Made by a program: the position numbers and the translations under genes
Notes under the pieces: generated by a model
Databases searched by the model: none
The model's input: only the letters and a program-made list of their open reading frames with translations
What the model was told of the DNA's origin: nothing
NCBI GenBank assembly: GCA_003597955.1
Contig: QZJU01000020.1
Span: 13,459-77,458, forward strand
Length of the DNA: 64,000 bases
Direction of reading: 5' to 3'
DNA from: Candidatus Parcubacteria bacterium
GTDB lineage: Bacteria; Patescibacteriota; Patescibacteriia; PEXW01
In this document: positions 1 to 10,346 of the stretch, piece after piece
How the letters are laid out: every line of letters starts with the position of its first letter
Position numbering within the stretch: position 1 is the stretch's first letter

Positions 1-954
1 TACAAAAGCATAACTAGCCGCTCTACGCCGATGCCAAAAGCAAAACCCGAATATCGATTCGGAGCGACTTTCATATTTTTTAACACTTTGGGATGAACCA
101 TGCCCGCACCCAGCATTTCCAACCAGCCGGAATACTTGCACACCGGGCAGCCTTTTCCGTGGCAAAGCAGGCAAGCCATATCCAAATCCAATCCGGGTTC
201 GACGAACGGATAATAGTGCGGTCGGAACCGAATTTTTACATTGCCAAAAAAATGTTGAAAGAAAGCGCTCAAAGTCCCAAGCAGGTCAGTCAGCTTTAAA
301 TTCTTATCAATGGCCAAGGCCTCGATTTGTGTGAAGGTAGTTTCGTGCCCGGCGTCCGTGGCTTCGTGCCGGTAGGTTCGGCCCGGCGCAATGATGAAAA
401 CCGGGGGTCGGTGCTTTTCCATATAACGAATCTGCACGGGCGAGGTTTGAGTCCTTAACAGCATTTGCGGACCGGAATTTTTCAGGTAGTAAGTATCCCA
501 CAAGTCCCGGCTCGGATGATTGGGTGGAATATTCAGCAGATCAAAGTTGTAGCGGCTGTATTCCACTTCTGGACCTTCCGCCACTTCATAACCTAAGCCG
601 GAAAAAAATTTAATGGCGCTCTCGATAAAGGCTGAAATTGGGTGGGTATGTCCGACCTCAGGCAGAATCCCCGGCCAAGTTGGATCAAAATCCGCTGAGT
701 CAGCGGCTTGGGGTTTGAATTTTAATTTCGCTTGGTCAAAGGCTTGCTGCAACTTGTTCCTGGTTTGATTCGCCAAAGTTCCCAAACCGGCTCTTTCGCC
801 GGGTGGTAAATTCGGCAAACGCGAAAGCAGTTGGGCGAATTTTCCTTTCCGGCCCAAAACCGAAAAATACAAAGCTTGCAAATCCGACGAAGTTTTGACT
901 GACTGGATTTGCCTTATGGTTTCCTGAAATAATTTTTCGATTTCGGTTCTCATC
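1..954 (-). CDS. pheS: Phenylalanyl-tRNA synthetase alpha subunit (3' end runs off the window edge)
   Basis: Manual translation of the minus strand from ATG 954 gives MRTEIEKLF...NFDLLNIPPNHPSRDLWDTYYL...GRTYRHE...FRPHYYPFVEPG...GWLEMLGAGMVHPKVL...GFAFGIGVERLVML. These are class II PheS motifs. The ORF is absent from the supplied track because it has no in-window stop. Confidence 0.88.
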
Positions 955-1345
955 GGGTTTGCCTTTCCAGAACGTTATCCTGGGCCAGGAAAAAGCCTTC
1001 AAGCAAAGTGAAAAAAAGGCCCAAGGGCACGACATTCCACCATGCCAGCCAGCGCATGGCTTGCAAGGCCAACAAGGCTTCCATAAAAACCGCGACAATA
1101 ACTCCTTGTCGAGTGGCCACCCGCAGGACGCGAAAAAGCACAGGATCCCGGCCAAACCAAGCCCGGACAGCAAAGCCCAGCAAGGATAAAGTCCCGGCAA
1201 CGGCAAAACCTAAAGACACGGCAAAAGCAGTTACCGAAACCAGACGATTGGTTTCGGGATTTAATTGGGTAAAGACAATCGCCCATGCACCCCAGGAAAT
1301 AAGCGTGGCAGAAGTAAAAATTATTAGATATTTTTTCAGACTCAT
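950..1345 (-). CDS. Small integral membrane protein of unknown function (about 4 TM helices)
   Basis: 131-aa hydrophobic ORF. Its TGA stop overlaps the pheS ATG (ATGA overlap), which suggests an operon. Confidence 0.4.
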   Translation of the reverse strand: MSLKKYLIIFTSATLISWGAWAIVFTQLNPETNRLVSVTAFAVSLGFAVAGTLSLLGFAVRAWFGRDPVLFRVLRVATRQGVIVAVFMEALLALQAMRWLAWWNVVPLGLFFTLLEGFFLAQDNVLERQTR

Positions 1346-1507
1346 AAGCCGCTAAAAAACCAATAAGTAATAAGGACCTTCCTTCATAAAATTTCTGGCG
1401 GGGGAAATAAAAAAATGGGCTTTTTCGCCCTGTAAATATAACACATTTTTCGCGTTTTTGCCAGAGGTTTTTTGATGAAAAAACCGAAGTTTTTCCGGCT
1501 TAAAACC

Positions 1508-1825
1508 CTAGGCCAAGAACCGCAAACGCTCGACTAAATTCGCCTGCATTTTTTCATTGACTGCTTGGACGATTCTTGCTTCTTTCAATTTCAATTCTTG
1601 ACCGATAATTGGGGAAACTACTGAAATGGTCAGGGTCCGGTTTTTCAAATACAAGGCCTTGGCTTTGTCCGCAAAATCTTCGCCAAAAAGGTCTTGGATA
1701 ATCAACGCAAAAAGCTCAATGACTCTGGCGCCATCGACCTGGCTTTGCAGGCCCGAGGATTGGATGTTCCGATTTAAAGTGTATTTTATCGGGGTAAAAC
1801 CCATGAGCCCGTTTCCTCCTTTCAA
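1508..1825 (-). CDS. DUF721/DciA-like small protein
   Basis: 105 aa. The C-terminal region (TLTISVVSPIIGQELKLKEARIVQAVNE) resembles the DUF721 family. Confidence 0.4.
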   Translation of the reverse strand: MKGGNGLMGFTPIKYTLNRNIQSSGLQSQVDGARVIELFALIIQDLFGEDFADKAKALYLKNRTLTISVVSPIIGQELKLKEARIVQAVNEKMQANLVERLRFLA

Positions 1826-1992
1826 CCTTAAAATAGCACGGTGTCGGTTGGGTTGTCGATTGCCGCATTGTTTAAGGGCGAAGGCTTAGGCTTGCGCGAA
1901 ACCGTATTACTACACCGATTCTGTTTCCCCCGCACTACCCTGCACCATTTCGGTACAGGATGGCGCTGGGTTTACCACAACTAAAACTAAAC

Positions 1993-2757
1993 CTAAAACA
2001 ATTTCTGCGCATCTAACCAACCGCTTAATTGGCTTTGGGTGCTGACATAACCTCTGTAATTTATTGAAGCGCCCAAGTGAATGCCCAGATGCAAATGCTT
2101 TCTTTCGCCGTCGGTTTCGGAAGAAAAACCTTTGCCCAAAATCCCGATTTTATCTCCAGCCCTGATTTGCTGACCGACTTTCAAATTTATGCTGGCCAAT
2201 TTCAAATGGCCGTATAAAATGGTCACAGCTTGATTGTTGATGGTCGCGCTTTGGATTAAAACCCCGCCATAACCTGAGACAAATTGCTTAACCAAAACTT
2301 TTCCGTTAGCGATGGCAATTATTGGAACCTCAACATCCGCTTCCGCGGCTAAGGTCTCAAAATCTACACCCGTATGGTAGCCGGAAAATTTTTCGGGCTG
2401 GACGGGCGAATTTTTGGGCGTGATGTAAATGCCAAAAGGTTTTTTGGTTATCCGGGATTTCGCATTTGAAATTGGGAGATTTATTTCAACAAACCCGAAA
2501 TTAACATTTTTATTTTGGTTGATTACGCCTTGATTTGAATTGGAATTTTGGTTTTGATTCGCGATAGACTCGTTGACAATGGTCTGGTTTAAATTGTCGG
2601 CTTGATTGATATTGCTTGTGTTCAAATTCTGAACGGCCTTAGAATTTAGATTATTGTTAACTATGTTGACATTACCAGTGCTCGATTGGTGGGTAAAAAC
2701 TAAAACCAATCCTACTGCTAAAATGATTATTATGATGATTGGCCAAAAAAATTTCAT
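1993..2757 (-). CDS. M23 family (LytM-type) metallopeptidase, membrane anchored
   Basis: Motifs HTGVDF, YGHL, GDKIGILG and HLHLG are present. An N-terminal TM follows MKFFWPIIIII. The start was chosen at the internal Met; the ORF-track start at 2844 overlaps an upstream hairpin. Confidence 0.78.
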   Translation of the reverse strand: MKFFWPIIIIIILAVGLVLVFTHQSSTGNVNIVNNNLNSKAVQNLNTSNINQADNLNQTIVNESIANQNQNSNSNQGVINQNKNVNFGFVEINLPISNAKSRITKKPFGIYITPKNSPVQPEKFSGYHTGVDFETLAAEADVEVPIIAIANGKVLVKQFVSGYGGVLIQSATINNQAVTILYGHLKLASINLKVGQQIRAGDKIGILGKGFSSETDGERKHLHLGIHLGASINYRGYVSTQSQLSGWLDAQKLF

Positions 2758-2818
2758 GTTTTTGTACTTTTTATCTGTCATTGCGAGGAATCCCGCAGCG
2801 CGGGATGACGCGGCAATC

Positions 2819-3124
2819 TCATCTCTTCTTGTCCCGATCCTCACTCAAATCTTGCCATTTAGGATTAAGACTTTCAATTAACTCGATTTTCTTTTTTCTG
2901 GAACCAGCCTTGATTTGTTTCTCTCGGGCAATAGCATCCTGAATATACTGAAATTCTTCATAGTAAACTAGCTTATTAATATTGTATTTTTTGGTAAAGC
3001 CTTCGACTTGCTTATGCTTGTGTTGAAATACCCTACTTTCAAGACCCCCGGTAACGCCCGTATACAGAGTGGTATTGTACTTATTAGTCATAATATAAAC
3101 ATAAAACCGTTTTGGTCTTGGCAT
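2819..3124 (-). CDS. GIY-YIG nuclease family protein (UPF0213-type)
   Basis: YVYIMTN...LYTGVT...QHK...LVYYEEF...AIAREKQIK is a classic GIY-YIG domain. Length is 101 aa. Confidence 0.85.
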   Translation of the reverse strand: MPRPKRFYVYIMTNKYNTTLYTGVTGGLESRVFQHKHKQVEGFTKKYNINKLVYYEEFQYIQDAIAREKQIKAGSRKKKIELIESLNPKWQDLSEDRDKKR

Positions 3125-3183
3125 AGTTGGGTAAATAAGGAGATTGCTTCGCTACGCTCGCAATGACAATATGAATGCAAAAC

Positions 3184-6100
3184 CTACCCTCGCCAACGGT
3201 CTTCACAAATCTCCCGAAAATCGCAGGCTGCGCAAGTGAATTTTGAGGGTGTGGCCGCAAAATCACTTTGTAAAATTTCTGAAATTGTCTCGGAAATTTC
3301 CGCTTTGGTTTTCTCAATGGCCTTTTTATCCACCTTATAGGAAAAAGGCTTCTCCGTAGCCAAGTAAATATAGGTGAGTTTTACCGGATTTAATTTCAAA
3401 GCCTCTCTGGCGGCAATGGCATAGATGTGTAATTGCTTCAGTTCCGCGTCTTTTTCTTCTTCCGGCGGCCTTTCCGAAGTTTTATAATCTATAATTTCAA
3501 TGCCGCCAGCCGTGGGATCAATCCGATCGATTTTACCTTTGATTTTTTGATTCCCGATGCTGATGGTGAATCCTTTTTCCAAATCCAGGGGTCTTGGCCA
3601 AGGCTTTGGTAAGTTTTCATAAAACCGTTTTAAATACTCGATCCCCCGCTTTTTGTAGTCGTTTTTCTGGCGGACATCCTCATACCAGGAGTCAATCCAG
3701 GCAGCCTGGTAAAGCTGCTGCAATTCCGCCCAGGTGACCAGAGGTTCGGAATTTTCGGTTTTTTTGCCAATCGGGTTGCCGAAAAGATCCTGCTGATTGG
3801 CATTGCTCCGCTCCCTGACTAATTTAAAGAAATTCAAAAGCGTAGTGTGGATGGTCTGCCCAAAACTAAATGTCGCCCTGCCTTGAACCGGAATTTTCAA
3901 AAGGTGCGCGTACTTGTACTGCTTGGGACATTTTTCAAATGCCTTTAACTGCGTGAAACTGAAATACGGCGGCAAGGCTTTCTTGAGTAAAGCTAGATTG
4001 TTTTCTTTTTGCAATGGCCCGGTTTCCAATTTTTTTAAAAAGCTGGATTTTAATTTATGAACTCTGGATTTTAAGTCGAGTTCGAGTATAAACCTGGACG
4101 GTTTTTTCTTCCGTGTTCCGCCATAATCTTCAGCGGCGGTGAAAAATATGCCCCGCTTCGCCCGGGTAATGCCCACATACAGCAACCGCCTTTCCTCCTG
4201 CAAATGCCAATCCCCTTCCGGCAATCTTTCTTTTACTAACTCGTCCGGCAATTCGATTGGCTCCCGTCTTTCAATGGTCGGGAACCTTTTGTCGACCAAA
4301 TTAACTATGAAGACATAAGCGAATTCCAAGCCTTTGGCTCCGTGGACAGTCATAATTTTCACGGCTTCCGGACCTTGTTCCCATTCGGGCGGGCGCAAAC
4401 TGCCGCTGTCACCGGCTTCCTGGGCAAAAGCCAACTCTCTTAAAAAATTGCCAACCGTCGGTTCAGCGTGGCGGATTTGAAAATTATGAAAAATCTGAAA
4501 AAGCTGGTTGACATAATTAACCTGTTCCAAATGCTCCGCATCGGTTTTTTTTATTACTTCCTTAAGCAAGCCCGAGTCTTCCAAAAACCTTAAAGTGACC
4601 TCCCCAACTGGGTGGATCCTGGCTAATTGCGTATGCCGGTCTAGCCAGCTCAACAACCTCTCAATCGCAATTACGGTTTCGGGCTTTAACCCGCTTAGGA
4701 CGCGGACATTTCGGAGTATTTCATAAAGCGACTTTGTCTCCCGCCGGGCAATAGACATCAAAGTCATGATATCCGGCAAGGAGATTTTTAAAAGCGGCAA
4801 GGTTAAGATCCGATAAAGGCTCGGGGTCTCGTGGTAATTATCCAGAAGTTTTAAATAATTCAAAATATCCAAAATAATCGGCTGGCGATACAAGCCGGCA
4901 GAAGCCAAAAATTGAAATGGGATTTTCAGGTTTTTTAATTTCTGAATGAAAGGCGCGGCATAGTCGTTGGCCCGGACCAAAATCGCAAAATCGTTGTAGG
5001 AAACCTTGCCCTTGCCGGCTTTTCTGACAGCTAGGATTTTCTCAATGACCGCCAAAACTTCCTGTTCCATCGCCGGCATAAGCCAATACTCGATTTCGCC
5101 ACTGGCTTTGGTTTGGGCGACTAATTTCTTGTTGATGACCGGTTTTTTTGAATTTGGCGCTTGGTTTTGGCCGTTAAGCTGAACCTCCAGTCGATTGGGA
5201 TTGTTGTTTTGTATGAATGTGTAGGCCAGATCCAGGATATTCTGGCAGCTTCGGTAATTTTCCGTCAAAACGACTTCCGTGGTTTCCGGAAAATCTTTTT
5301 TAAAGGCTAAAATGTTCGCCACGGACGCGCCTCGAAATTTATATATGCTTTGATCATCGTCGCCCACAACCGTCAAATTGTTGTTCGGCTTAGCCAAAAG
5401 TTTAACCAGTTCGTATTGGGCCCAGTTGGTGTCTTGAAATTCGTCGACTAAAATATATTCGAATTGCTGACGGAATTTATTTAGGATCTTTGGCCGGTTT
5501 TGGAAAAGATACAAAGTCTGGGTGATCAGATCGCCGAAGTCCAACGCGCCTTTTTCAAAAAGCAACTGCTGGTAGGTGTGATAGGCATTAGCGACCTCGT
5601 TAACGCGCTCGGCTTCAACTATCTGATCGGCTTCGGCTTCGGTTTTTCTTTTTCGACCATGAACTTCATCCAAATCCAATTTTAATTTTTCCGCGTACTG
5701 CAAATATTCTTCCGGCCGAATAGCCTCGTCTTTGCAGCGCGAGAAATGCTTGACCAGGCTGGCGACAAAGCGGGTCGGATTGCCTAAAGGCCGATAATAA
5801 TTCAGATCAAAACGCTCCAAATTCTCCCGCATTAAAATTGCTTGGTCGGTTTCATCCAATAGTTTAAAGTCTGGATTTAAGCCGATGTCTAAAGCATGAT
5901 CCCGCAAAATTCTTTCGCAAAAGGCATGAAATGTGGAAACCCACAAATCCACGTAGCCCATGGGTAGAAGCTTGTCCACCCGCTCTTCCATTTCGCCGGC
6001 GGCTTTGTCCGTAAAAGTTAAGGCCAAAATATGATCCGGTTGAACCTTTCGCTCGGCAATCAGCCAAGCGATGCGCTGAGTGATGACCGTGGTTTTGCCT

Positions 6101-6189
6101 GTACCGGCTCCGGCCACAATCAAGAGCGGCCCACTTTTATGGGTAATCGCCTGCTTTTGGGCAGGGTTTAGAGATGGCATAAGAGTCAT
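3184..6189 (-). CDS. UvrD/PcrA-family ATP-dependent helicase fused to a C-terminal RecB/Cas4-like PD-(D/E)XK nuclease with a Cys cluster
   Basis: Walker A (GAGTGKT) and UvrD motifs (DEFQDT, VGDDDQSIY) are present. The C-terminus shows IIDYKT...YIYL...CAACDFREIC, a nuclease with an Fe-S-like cysteine cluster. Confidence 0.88.
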   Translation of the reverse strand: MTLMPSLNPAQKQAITHKSGPLLIVAGAGTGKTTVITQRIAWLIAERKVQPDHILALTFTDKAAGEMEERVDKLLPMGYVDLWVSTFHAFCERILRDHALDIGLNPDFKLLDETDQAILMRENLERFDLNYYRPLGNPTRFVASLVKHFSRCKDEAIRPEEYLQYAEKLKLDLDEVHGRKRKTEAEADQIVEAERVNEVANAYHTYQQLLFEKGALDFGDLITQTLYLFQNRPKILNKFRQQFEYILVDEFQDTNWAQYELVKLLAKPNNNLTVVGDDDQSIYKFRGASVANILAFKKDFPETTEVVLTENYRSCQNILDLAYTFIQNNNPNRLEVQLNGQNQAPNSKKPVINKKLVAQTKASGEIEYWLMPAMEQEVLAVIEKILAVRKAGKGKVSYNDFAILVRANDYAAPFIQKLKNLKIPFQFLASAGLYRQPIILDILNYLKLLDNYHETPSLYRILTLPLLKISLPDIMTLMSIARRETKSLYEILRNVRVLSGLKPETVIAIERLLSWLDRHTQLARIHPVGEVTLRFLEDSGLLKEVIKKTDAEHLEQVNYVNQLFQIFHNFQIRHAEPTVGNFLRELAFAQEAGDSGSLRPPEWEQGPEAVKIMTVHGAKGLEFAYVFIVNLVDKRFPTIERREPIELPDELVKERLPEGDWHLQEERRLLYVGITRAKRGIFFTAAEDYGGTRKKKPSRFILELDLKSRVHKLKSSFLKKLETGPLQKENNLALLKKALPPYFSFTQLKAFEKCPKQYKYAHLLKIPVQGRATFSFGQTIHTTLLNFFKLVRERSNANQQDLFGNPIGKKTENSEPLVTWAELQQLYQAAWIDSWYEDVRQKNDYKKRGIEYLKRFYENLPKPWPRPLDLEKGFTISIGNQKIKGKIDRIDPTAGGIEIIDYKTSERPPEEEKDAELKQLHIYAIAAREALKLNPVKLTYIYLATEKPFSYKVDKKAIEKTKAEISETISEILQSDFAATPSKFTCAACDFREICEDRWRG

Positions 6190-6322
6190 GAAGGTATTTT
6201 ATAACAGATCAGAAATAAATAAAAAATCGCCACGATTATTTCCGGCTGCGTTTTTTTGCGCTTGCTCCCGCACCACCCTGTACCCGAGTGCAACGAGTGG
6301 TACGGTGCTGGTGTGGAGCTGA

Positions 6323-7066
6323 CTATTTTTCGGCTTTAAACTCGGTTATATTGATTTCGCTGGTGTGCGATACCGTGATGTAGGTCGGAGCGTGTTCGCC
6401 GGTCCAGCACCCGGCGTTGAAATAAACCACGCCATCCTGATTGAAGCTTTCGGCGATGTGCGTATGCCCGCAAAAAACCGCGTCCAAGCGGTAATTCCTC
6501 GACCGAGCGTACCTAACAATGCCTTCGGCCACGGATTTGTTTATCCGCAGCCAAGTCTTGCTTTTGTCTTTTAAAAAACGGCTTAAATGGTGGCGTTTGC
6601 CATCGAATTTTTGAATAAAGTTGTAAATGTTTGAAGGAATCTTGCTGAATTTCGGCCAATTTTGAATCCATTTGTCAAACTGATCACCATGCATGGCCAA
6701 ATACCGCTTTTCTCCGACTTGCCACTGGAATTCCTCATGCACGGCCACACCCACCAGTTGCGACATTAAGTTCACGATGGCGCTATCATGGTTGCCCCGA
6801 ATCCAAACGGCTTTGGCATTACTTTTTCGGTCGTTAATATTGCGAATCAAACCGATTATTTTCCATTCAAATTTCCGAAAACGGGAAAAATTAAGATCGT
6901 CAAAAATGTCGCCTAACAGAATTAGCTGGGTAAATTTGTATCTGAAACGATCCTGCTGCAAACTCTGCAAAAATGCAAAAAATTCTTCGGATCGGCTTAA
7001 GCGCGAGCCCAGGTGTAAGTCCGAGACCAGAATAGTGTGAAAACCATTCGGATTTTGAAAATTCAT
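6323..7066 (-). CDS. Calcineurin-like metallophosphoesterase (LpxH-like)
   Basis: The motifs DLHLG, GDIFD, GNHD, HGD and GHTH are all present. Confidence 0.82.
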   Translation of the reverse strand: MNFQNPNGFHTILVSDLHLGSRLSRSEEFFAFLQSLQQDRFRYKFTQLILLGDIFDDLNFSRFRKFEWKIIGLIRNINDRKSNAKAVWIRGNHDSAIVNLMSQLVGVAVHEEFQWQVGEKRYLAMHGDQFDKWIQNWPKFSKIPSNIYNFIQKFDGKRHHLSRFLKDKSKTWLRINKSVAEGIVRYARSRNYRLDAVFCGHTHIAESFNQDGVVYFNAGCWTGEHAPTYITVSHTSEINITEFKAEK

Positions 7067-7164
7067 ACTCGCCGGAAATTTCTAAAATCCACCCGGGTTT
7101 CTTGAGGGGTGAAAAAGCTGCTTCCAAATTTCATGTTTTAATTTTAACCCAAAAACCTCTGACA

Positions 7165-7200
7165 CGCAAAAAAATCCAGGGACTACAGTATCCCTGGATT
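7165..7200 (-). terminator. Rho-independent terminator for the 7334..7798 gene
   Basis: Hairpin atccaggga/tccctggat (9 bp) with a 7-nt loop, followed on the minus strand by a T7 run. Confidence 0.6.
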
Positions 7201-7333
7201 TGGCCATAGGCCGACTTTCCATCGAACCGTTTAGATCGTCACCTCACGCAATAACTTTTTCAAGTGACTAACCCTGCCTTTCTTTAACAGATCATCTTTT
7301 AGTTTTGCCTCATAAGCACTGGGCTTAGAGGGT

Positions 7334-7798
7334 TTAAGCGGCTGAATAAGCACGAATGGGCTTCAGGGGTAAGCGACCTTTTTCTTGATAATAAGCAAGA
7401 TCTTCACCAGTCAGAATAAGAATTGGGATGCCGTGTCGTTCACAAAGCGCGATGGACTTCCGCATAACCTTGTGTTCAATAACTCGGCGTTTAACTTCAA
7501 TACCGATGATTGCAGAGCCATTGCATGGACGCCGGCCGACCCACCACCAGGGCTGGAAAAAGATAAAATCCGGACACCAAATTTTGGGCTGGCTGAATTC
7601 TTCTTCTTGAAAAACGAACTGAAGATGATGCAGAAATGGAATATCCATCTTAACCAAAAGGTTTGCGATTATTAACTCCTCATGAGTTTCAAATTTCATT
7701 GCGCCGAGTGTATACAACGAGCGTTTGGAATTGCATTTAATCGGCTTACACAGCAAACCATTAATGGTTAAAAAGCCATTTCCGGCTTCGACCTCCAA
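7334..7798 (-). CDS. Hypothetical protein, possible PD-(D/E)XK nuclease fold
   Basis: 154 aa. A D...E-x-K-like pattern (CPDFIF ... IGIEVK) is present. Otherwise unrecognised. Confidence 0.3.
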   Translation of the reverse strand: MEVEAGNGFLTINGLLCKPIKCNSKRSLYTLGAMKFETHEELIIANLLVKMDIPFLHHLQFVFQEEEFSQPKIWCPDFIFFQPWWWVGRRPCNGSAIIGIEVKRRVIEHKVMRKSIALCERHGIPILILTGEDLAYYQEKGRLPLKPIRAYSAA

Positions 7799-7892
7799 TT
7801 GCCTTGAACTTTGATGACCTTCTGAAGGCTGGAAAGTACACCTCCTTATGTTAACAACGATTTAAATGAGCTTTTTCCCGGTTTTTCTAATT

Positions 7893-7920
7893 TTAAAAAG
7901 CCCGCGAGGAGACGCGGGCA
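7893..7920 (-). terminator. Rho-independent terminator after the FtsX-like permease gene
   Basis: Hairpin gcccgcg-aggaga-cgcgggc followed by a T-run on the minus strand. Confidence 0.55.
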
Positions 7921-8118
7921 GACTTAGTGAGGTTTTCTGAATTTCGGAGTGATGACAAGCCTTTGCATATTTTTATTTTATTCCTAAAAAAATCGACAGG
8001 CAACCAGTAAAACTGGTTTTATTTTACTTTTTTTAAAGGCTCTTGCTGAAGAAGAAAAAATTGCTTGTGGAAAACTCTCCCCAAACCGAAATCAGTCTAT
8101 GCCCAACCGTTGCGGAGA

Positions 8119-9321
8119 TTACTTACCCCAAATCGCGTCCAGAATTTTTATGCGCGTAATCATAAAAGCGGGTATCAAGCCGGAAAGCACGGCCACGACA
8201 ATGATGGCGAGTATGCGGATATTTATATCCAAAGCTTCAACCATCAGCACGGAATCGCCTATTGGTAGTTCGAACGGGTGAGCTTTGAAATACGGCGCGA
8301 CTCCACCAAAAAAAATCGCCAGGCCTAAGGCCACACCGGAAACGGAATAAATTAAGGTCTGCAAGACATAGGTGGCCCTGATGAGATAAGGTCGAATACC
8401 GATTGCCCGCAAAATGCCGATTTGCTGGCGTTTACTGGAAATATCGATGTAAATTACAATAAAAATCGTGACTGCGGCAATCAGCACGGCTACAAAAGAC
8501 ATAATAAAATTGATGCTTAAAAAGCTGGTGGTTACGCTGGACATCAGCCCGGCCGCGTCTTCCCAGGTTAGATACTGTCCGGCGATATTTTGAACCTTCA
8601 GCGCCTGGACAATTCCGGCTTCTTCGCCGGTTTTCTGCGCCCGGATGACTACGCTAGTGGCCTTTGATTTCAAGCTGGGCGCTAGCGCTTCCAAGGCTTG
8701 GGCGGTAATGAAAGCTCTTTGGTCCGTATCCAAGAATTTGGTGTAAAAAATCCCCTTTATGGTAAATTCTTTTTGAATACCATCAAAGGCCAAAACCACC
8801 TTTTCGCCAACTTGCGCACCTTTGAAAGAAAAAGCGTTCATCTCCACATCCGGCCCGCCCGCAATTTGGCGGCCGACAATAATTTTATCAAGATCGTCCT
8901 GCGCTAAATATTCGCCCGCCAACATTTTTTCCGAGACATTCGTCACTTGCTTCTCCAATTGCGGGTCGATTGCCAAAATCTGCCAATTGCCTTTTATGTT
9001 TTTGTATTTTAAACTCGCGGAAACCAGCATTTGGGCGCTCGCCGCCTTAACGCCTGGGATATTTTCAATTTGCGGAAGCAAAATGTCAGTATGGTCGAGG
9101 AAGTCCTGGCCTTCAGCCGGGGTTATAAAAACATGGCCAGTGTAGGTGTTGATAATCTGCTTGTTGCTGTTGTCGATTATGCCGTTAAAAAGCGAGGCCA
9201 CAAAAATCAAATTCACGAACGCCACAGCCATCAAGAAAATAATCAGGCCCAAAGTCCATTTATTGCCGTGCAATAAATACCGGGCGGTCAGAAAAAAAGG
9301 AATTTTACCTTCGCCTCTCAT
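8119..9321 (-). CDS. ABC transporter permease, FtsX/MacB/LolE-like
   Basis: 400 aa. An N-terminal TM is followed by a large extracytoplasmic domain and C-terminal FtsX-type TM helices. Its start overlaps the stop of the ATPase gene. Confidence 0.78.
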   Translation of the reverse strand: MRGEGKIPFFLTARYLLHGNKWTLGLIIFLMAVAFVNLIFVASLFNGIIDNSNKQIINTYTGHVFITPAEGQDFLDHTDILLPQIENIPGVKAASAQMLVSASLKYKNIKGNWQILAIDPQLEKQVTNVSEKMLAGEYLAQDDLDKIIVGRQIAGGPDVEMNAFSFKGAQVGEKVVLAFDGIQKEFTIKGIFYTKFLDTDQRAFITAQALEALAPSLKSKATSVVIRAQKTGEEAGIVQALKVQNIAGQYLTWEDAAGLMSSVTTSFLSINFIMSFVAVLIAAVTIFIVIYIDISSKRQQIGILRAIGIRPYLIRATYVLQTLIYSVSGVALGLAIFFGGVAPYFKAHPFELPIGDSVLMVEALDINIRILAIIVVAVLSGLIPAFMITRIKILDAIWGK

Positions 9322-9992
9322 ACGATTTTGCCGTCAGCTAATTTAACAAGACGGTTTGCGTATTTGGTTTCCTCGGGTTCATGAGTAATCATGACGACTG
9401 TGTGCTTTTCGCTATTAAGCTTTTTAAAAATATTCAAAATGTCTTTGGCTGCCACACTGTCAAGATTGGCAGTCGGCTCATCAGCGAACAGAATCATCGG
9501 GTCGTTAATTAAAGCGCGAGCAATGGCGACTTTTTGTTGCTCGCCACCGGAAAGCTGCCTGGGCAGATTCCGGGCTTTCTTTTCCAGTCCAACTTTAGCC
9601 AGAGTTTCTAGAGCACGTTTTTGACAAATTTTGGTTTTTTCCAGCATCATGGCGGGCAACATCACATTTTCCAGGGCAGACAACTCCGCAATCAGCGCGT
9701 ATTCCTGAAAAATATAACCCAATTTCAAGAGACGCAGGCGCGAGCGTTCAAGTTCATTCATTTTCGTGGTAGGCTGGTTTGCCAAAAAAATTTCACCTGT
9801 ATCGGGTTTGTCCAGTAAGCCCAGCTGCCTTAACAGCGTGGACTTGCCGGAGCCGTTGCGGCCGGTAATAACCAAGAAATCGCCCGGGTTTATCACCAGC
9901 GAGACCTCGCGCAAGGCTGGCACCTGGATTTCGCCTAAAGCGTAATTCTTGCAAATGTTTTTTACCTCGATCAAGCGGTTGGCAGCAGACAT
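9318..9992 (-). CDS. ABC transporter ATP-binding protein (MacB/LolD-like)
   Basis: Walker A GRNGSGKST, ABC signature LSGGEQQKVAIARAL and Walker B ILFADEPT are present. Confidence 0.9.
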   Translation of the reverse strand: MSAANRLIEVKNICKNYALGEIQVPALREVSLVINPGDFLVITGRNGSGKSTLLRQLGLLDKPDTGEIFLANQPTTKMNELERSRLRLLKLGYIFQEYALIAELSALENVMLPAMMLEKTKICQKRALETLAKVGLEKKARNLPRQLSGGEQQKVAIARALINDPMILFADEPTANLDSVAAKDILNIFKKLNSEKHTVVMITHEPEETKYANRLVKLADGKIV

Positions 9993-10346
9993 ATTTTGGT
10001 ATTAGTTTAAAAAAAATTCAAAAATTTGTCTATTTTTTCTCGATTGACAAAAACTGAAAATCTGCTAGGCTTTAAGCAAAAGCCAAAGGAGGTTTGGGGC
10101 ATGGATTCTTTTAGTCGTTCGGTTTTGGCCAGCTGCCCAAAAGAAGCTTGGTCGGAAAGGCTCATAACACCTTTCGTTCTCCTGTTCTTATTTATCCTAA
10201 TTGCGGTTGGCTTTTGCTTAAGCCCTTTCCTAACCATACTGGAAAAATTTCATGACGCCCTTTTAGGCAAAAGAGCCTAACTAAAGACTCGGCCGCCAAA
10301 AATCAAAAGCCTGGTTTATTAAAAACCCGGCTTTTTTATTTTAAAT

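Noticed and set aside
307-1206. ORF-track entries 307..501(-), 736..1206(-), 959..1189(+) and 1008..1355(+)
   Set aside because: They are alternative-frame or antisense ORFs overlapping the clearly conserved pheS frame and the membrane-protein gene. pheS itself is missing from the track only because it lacks an in-window stop.
8003-8030. Plus-strand hairpin plus T-run (ccagtaaaactgg-ttttatttt)
   Set aside because: No plus-strand gene lies upstream for it to terminate. It may be a bidirectional or incidental AT-rich structure.
10007-10280. ORFs 10007..10237(-) and 10026..10280(+) in the ABC-exporter upstream region
   Set aside because: They have no RBS and overlap each other on opposite strands in what is most likely the promoter or leader region of the ABC exporter operon.
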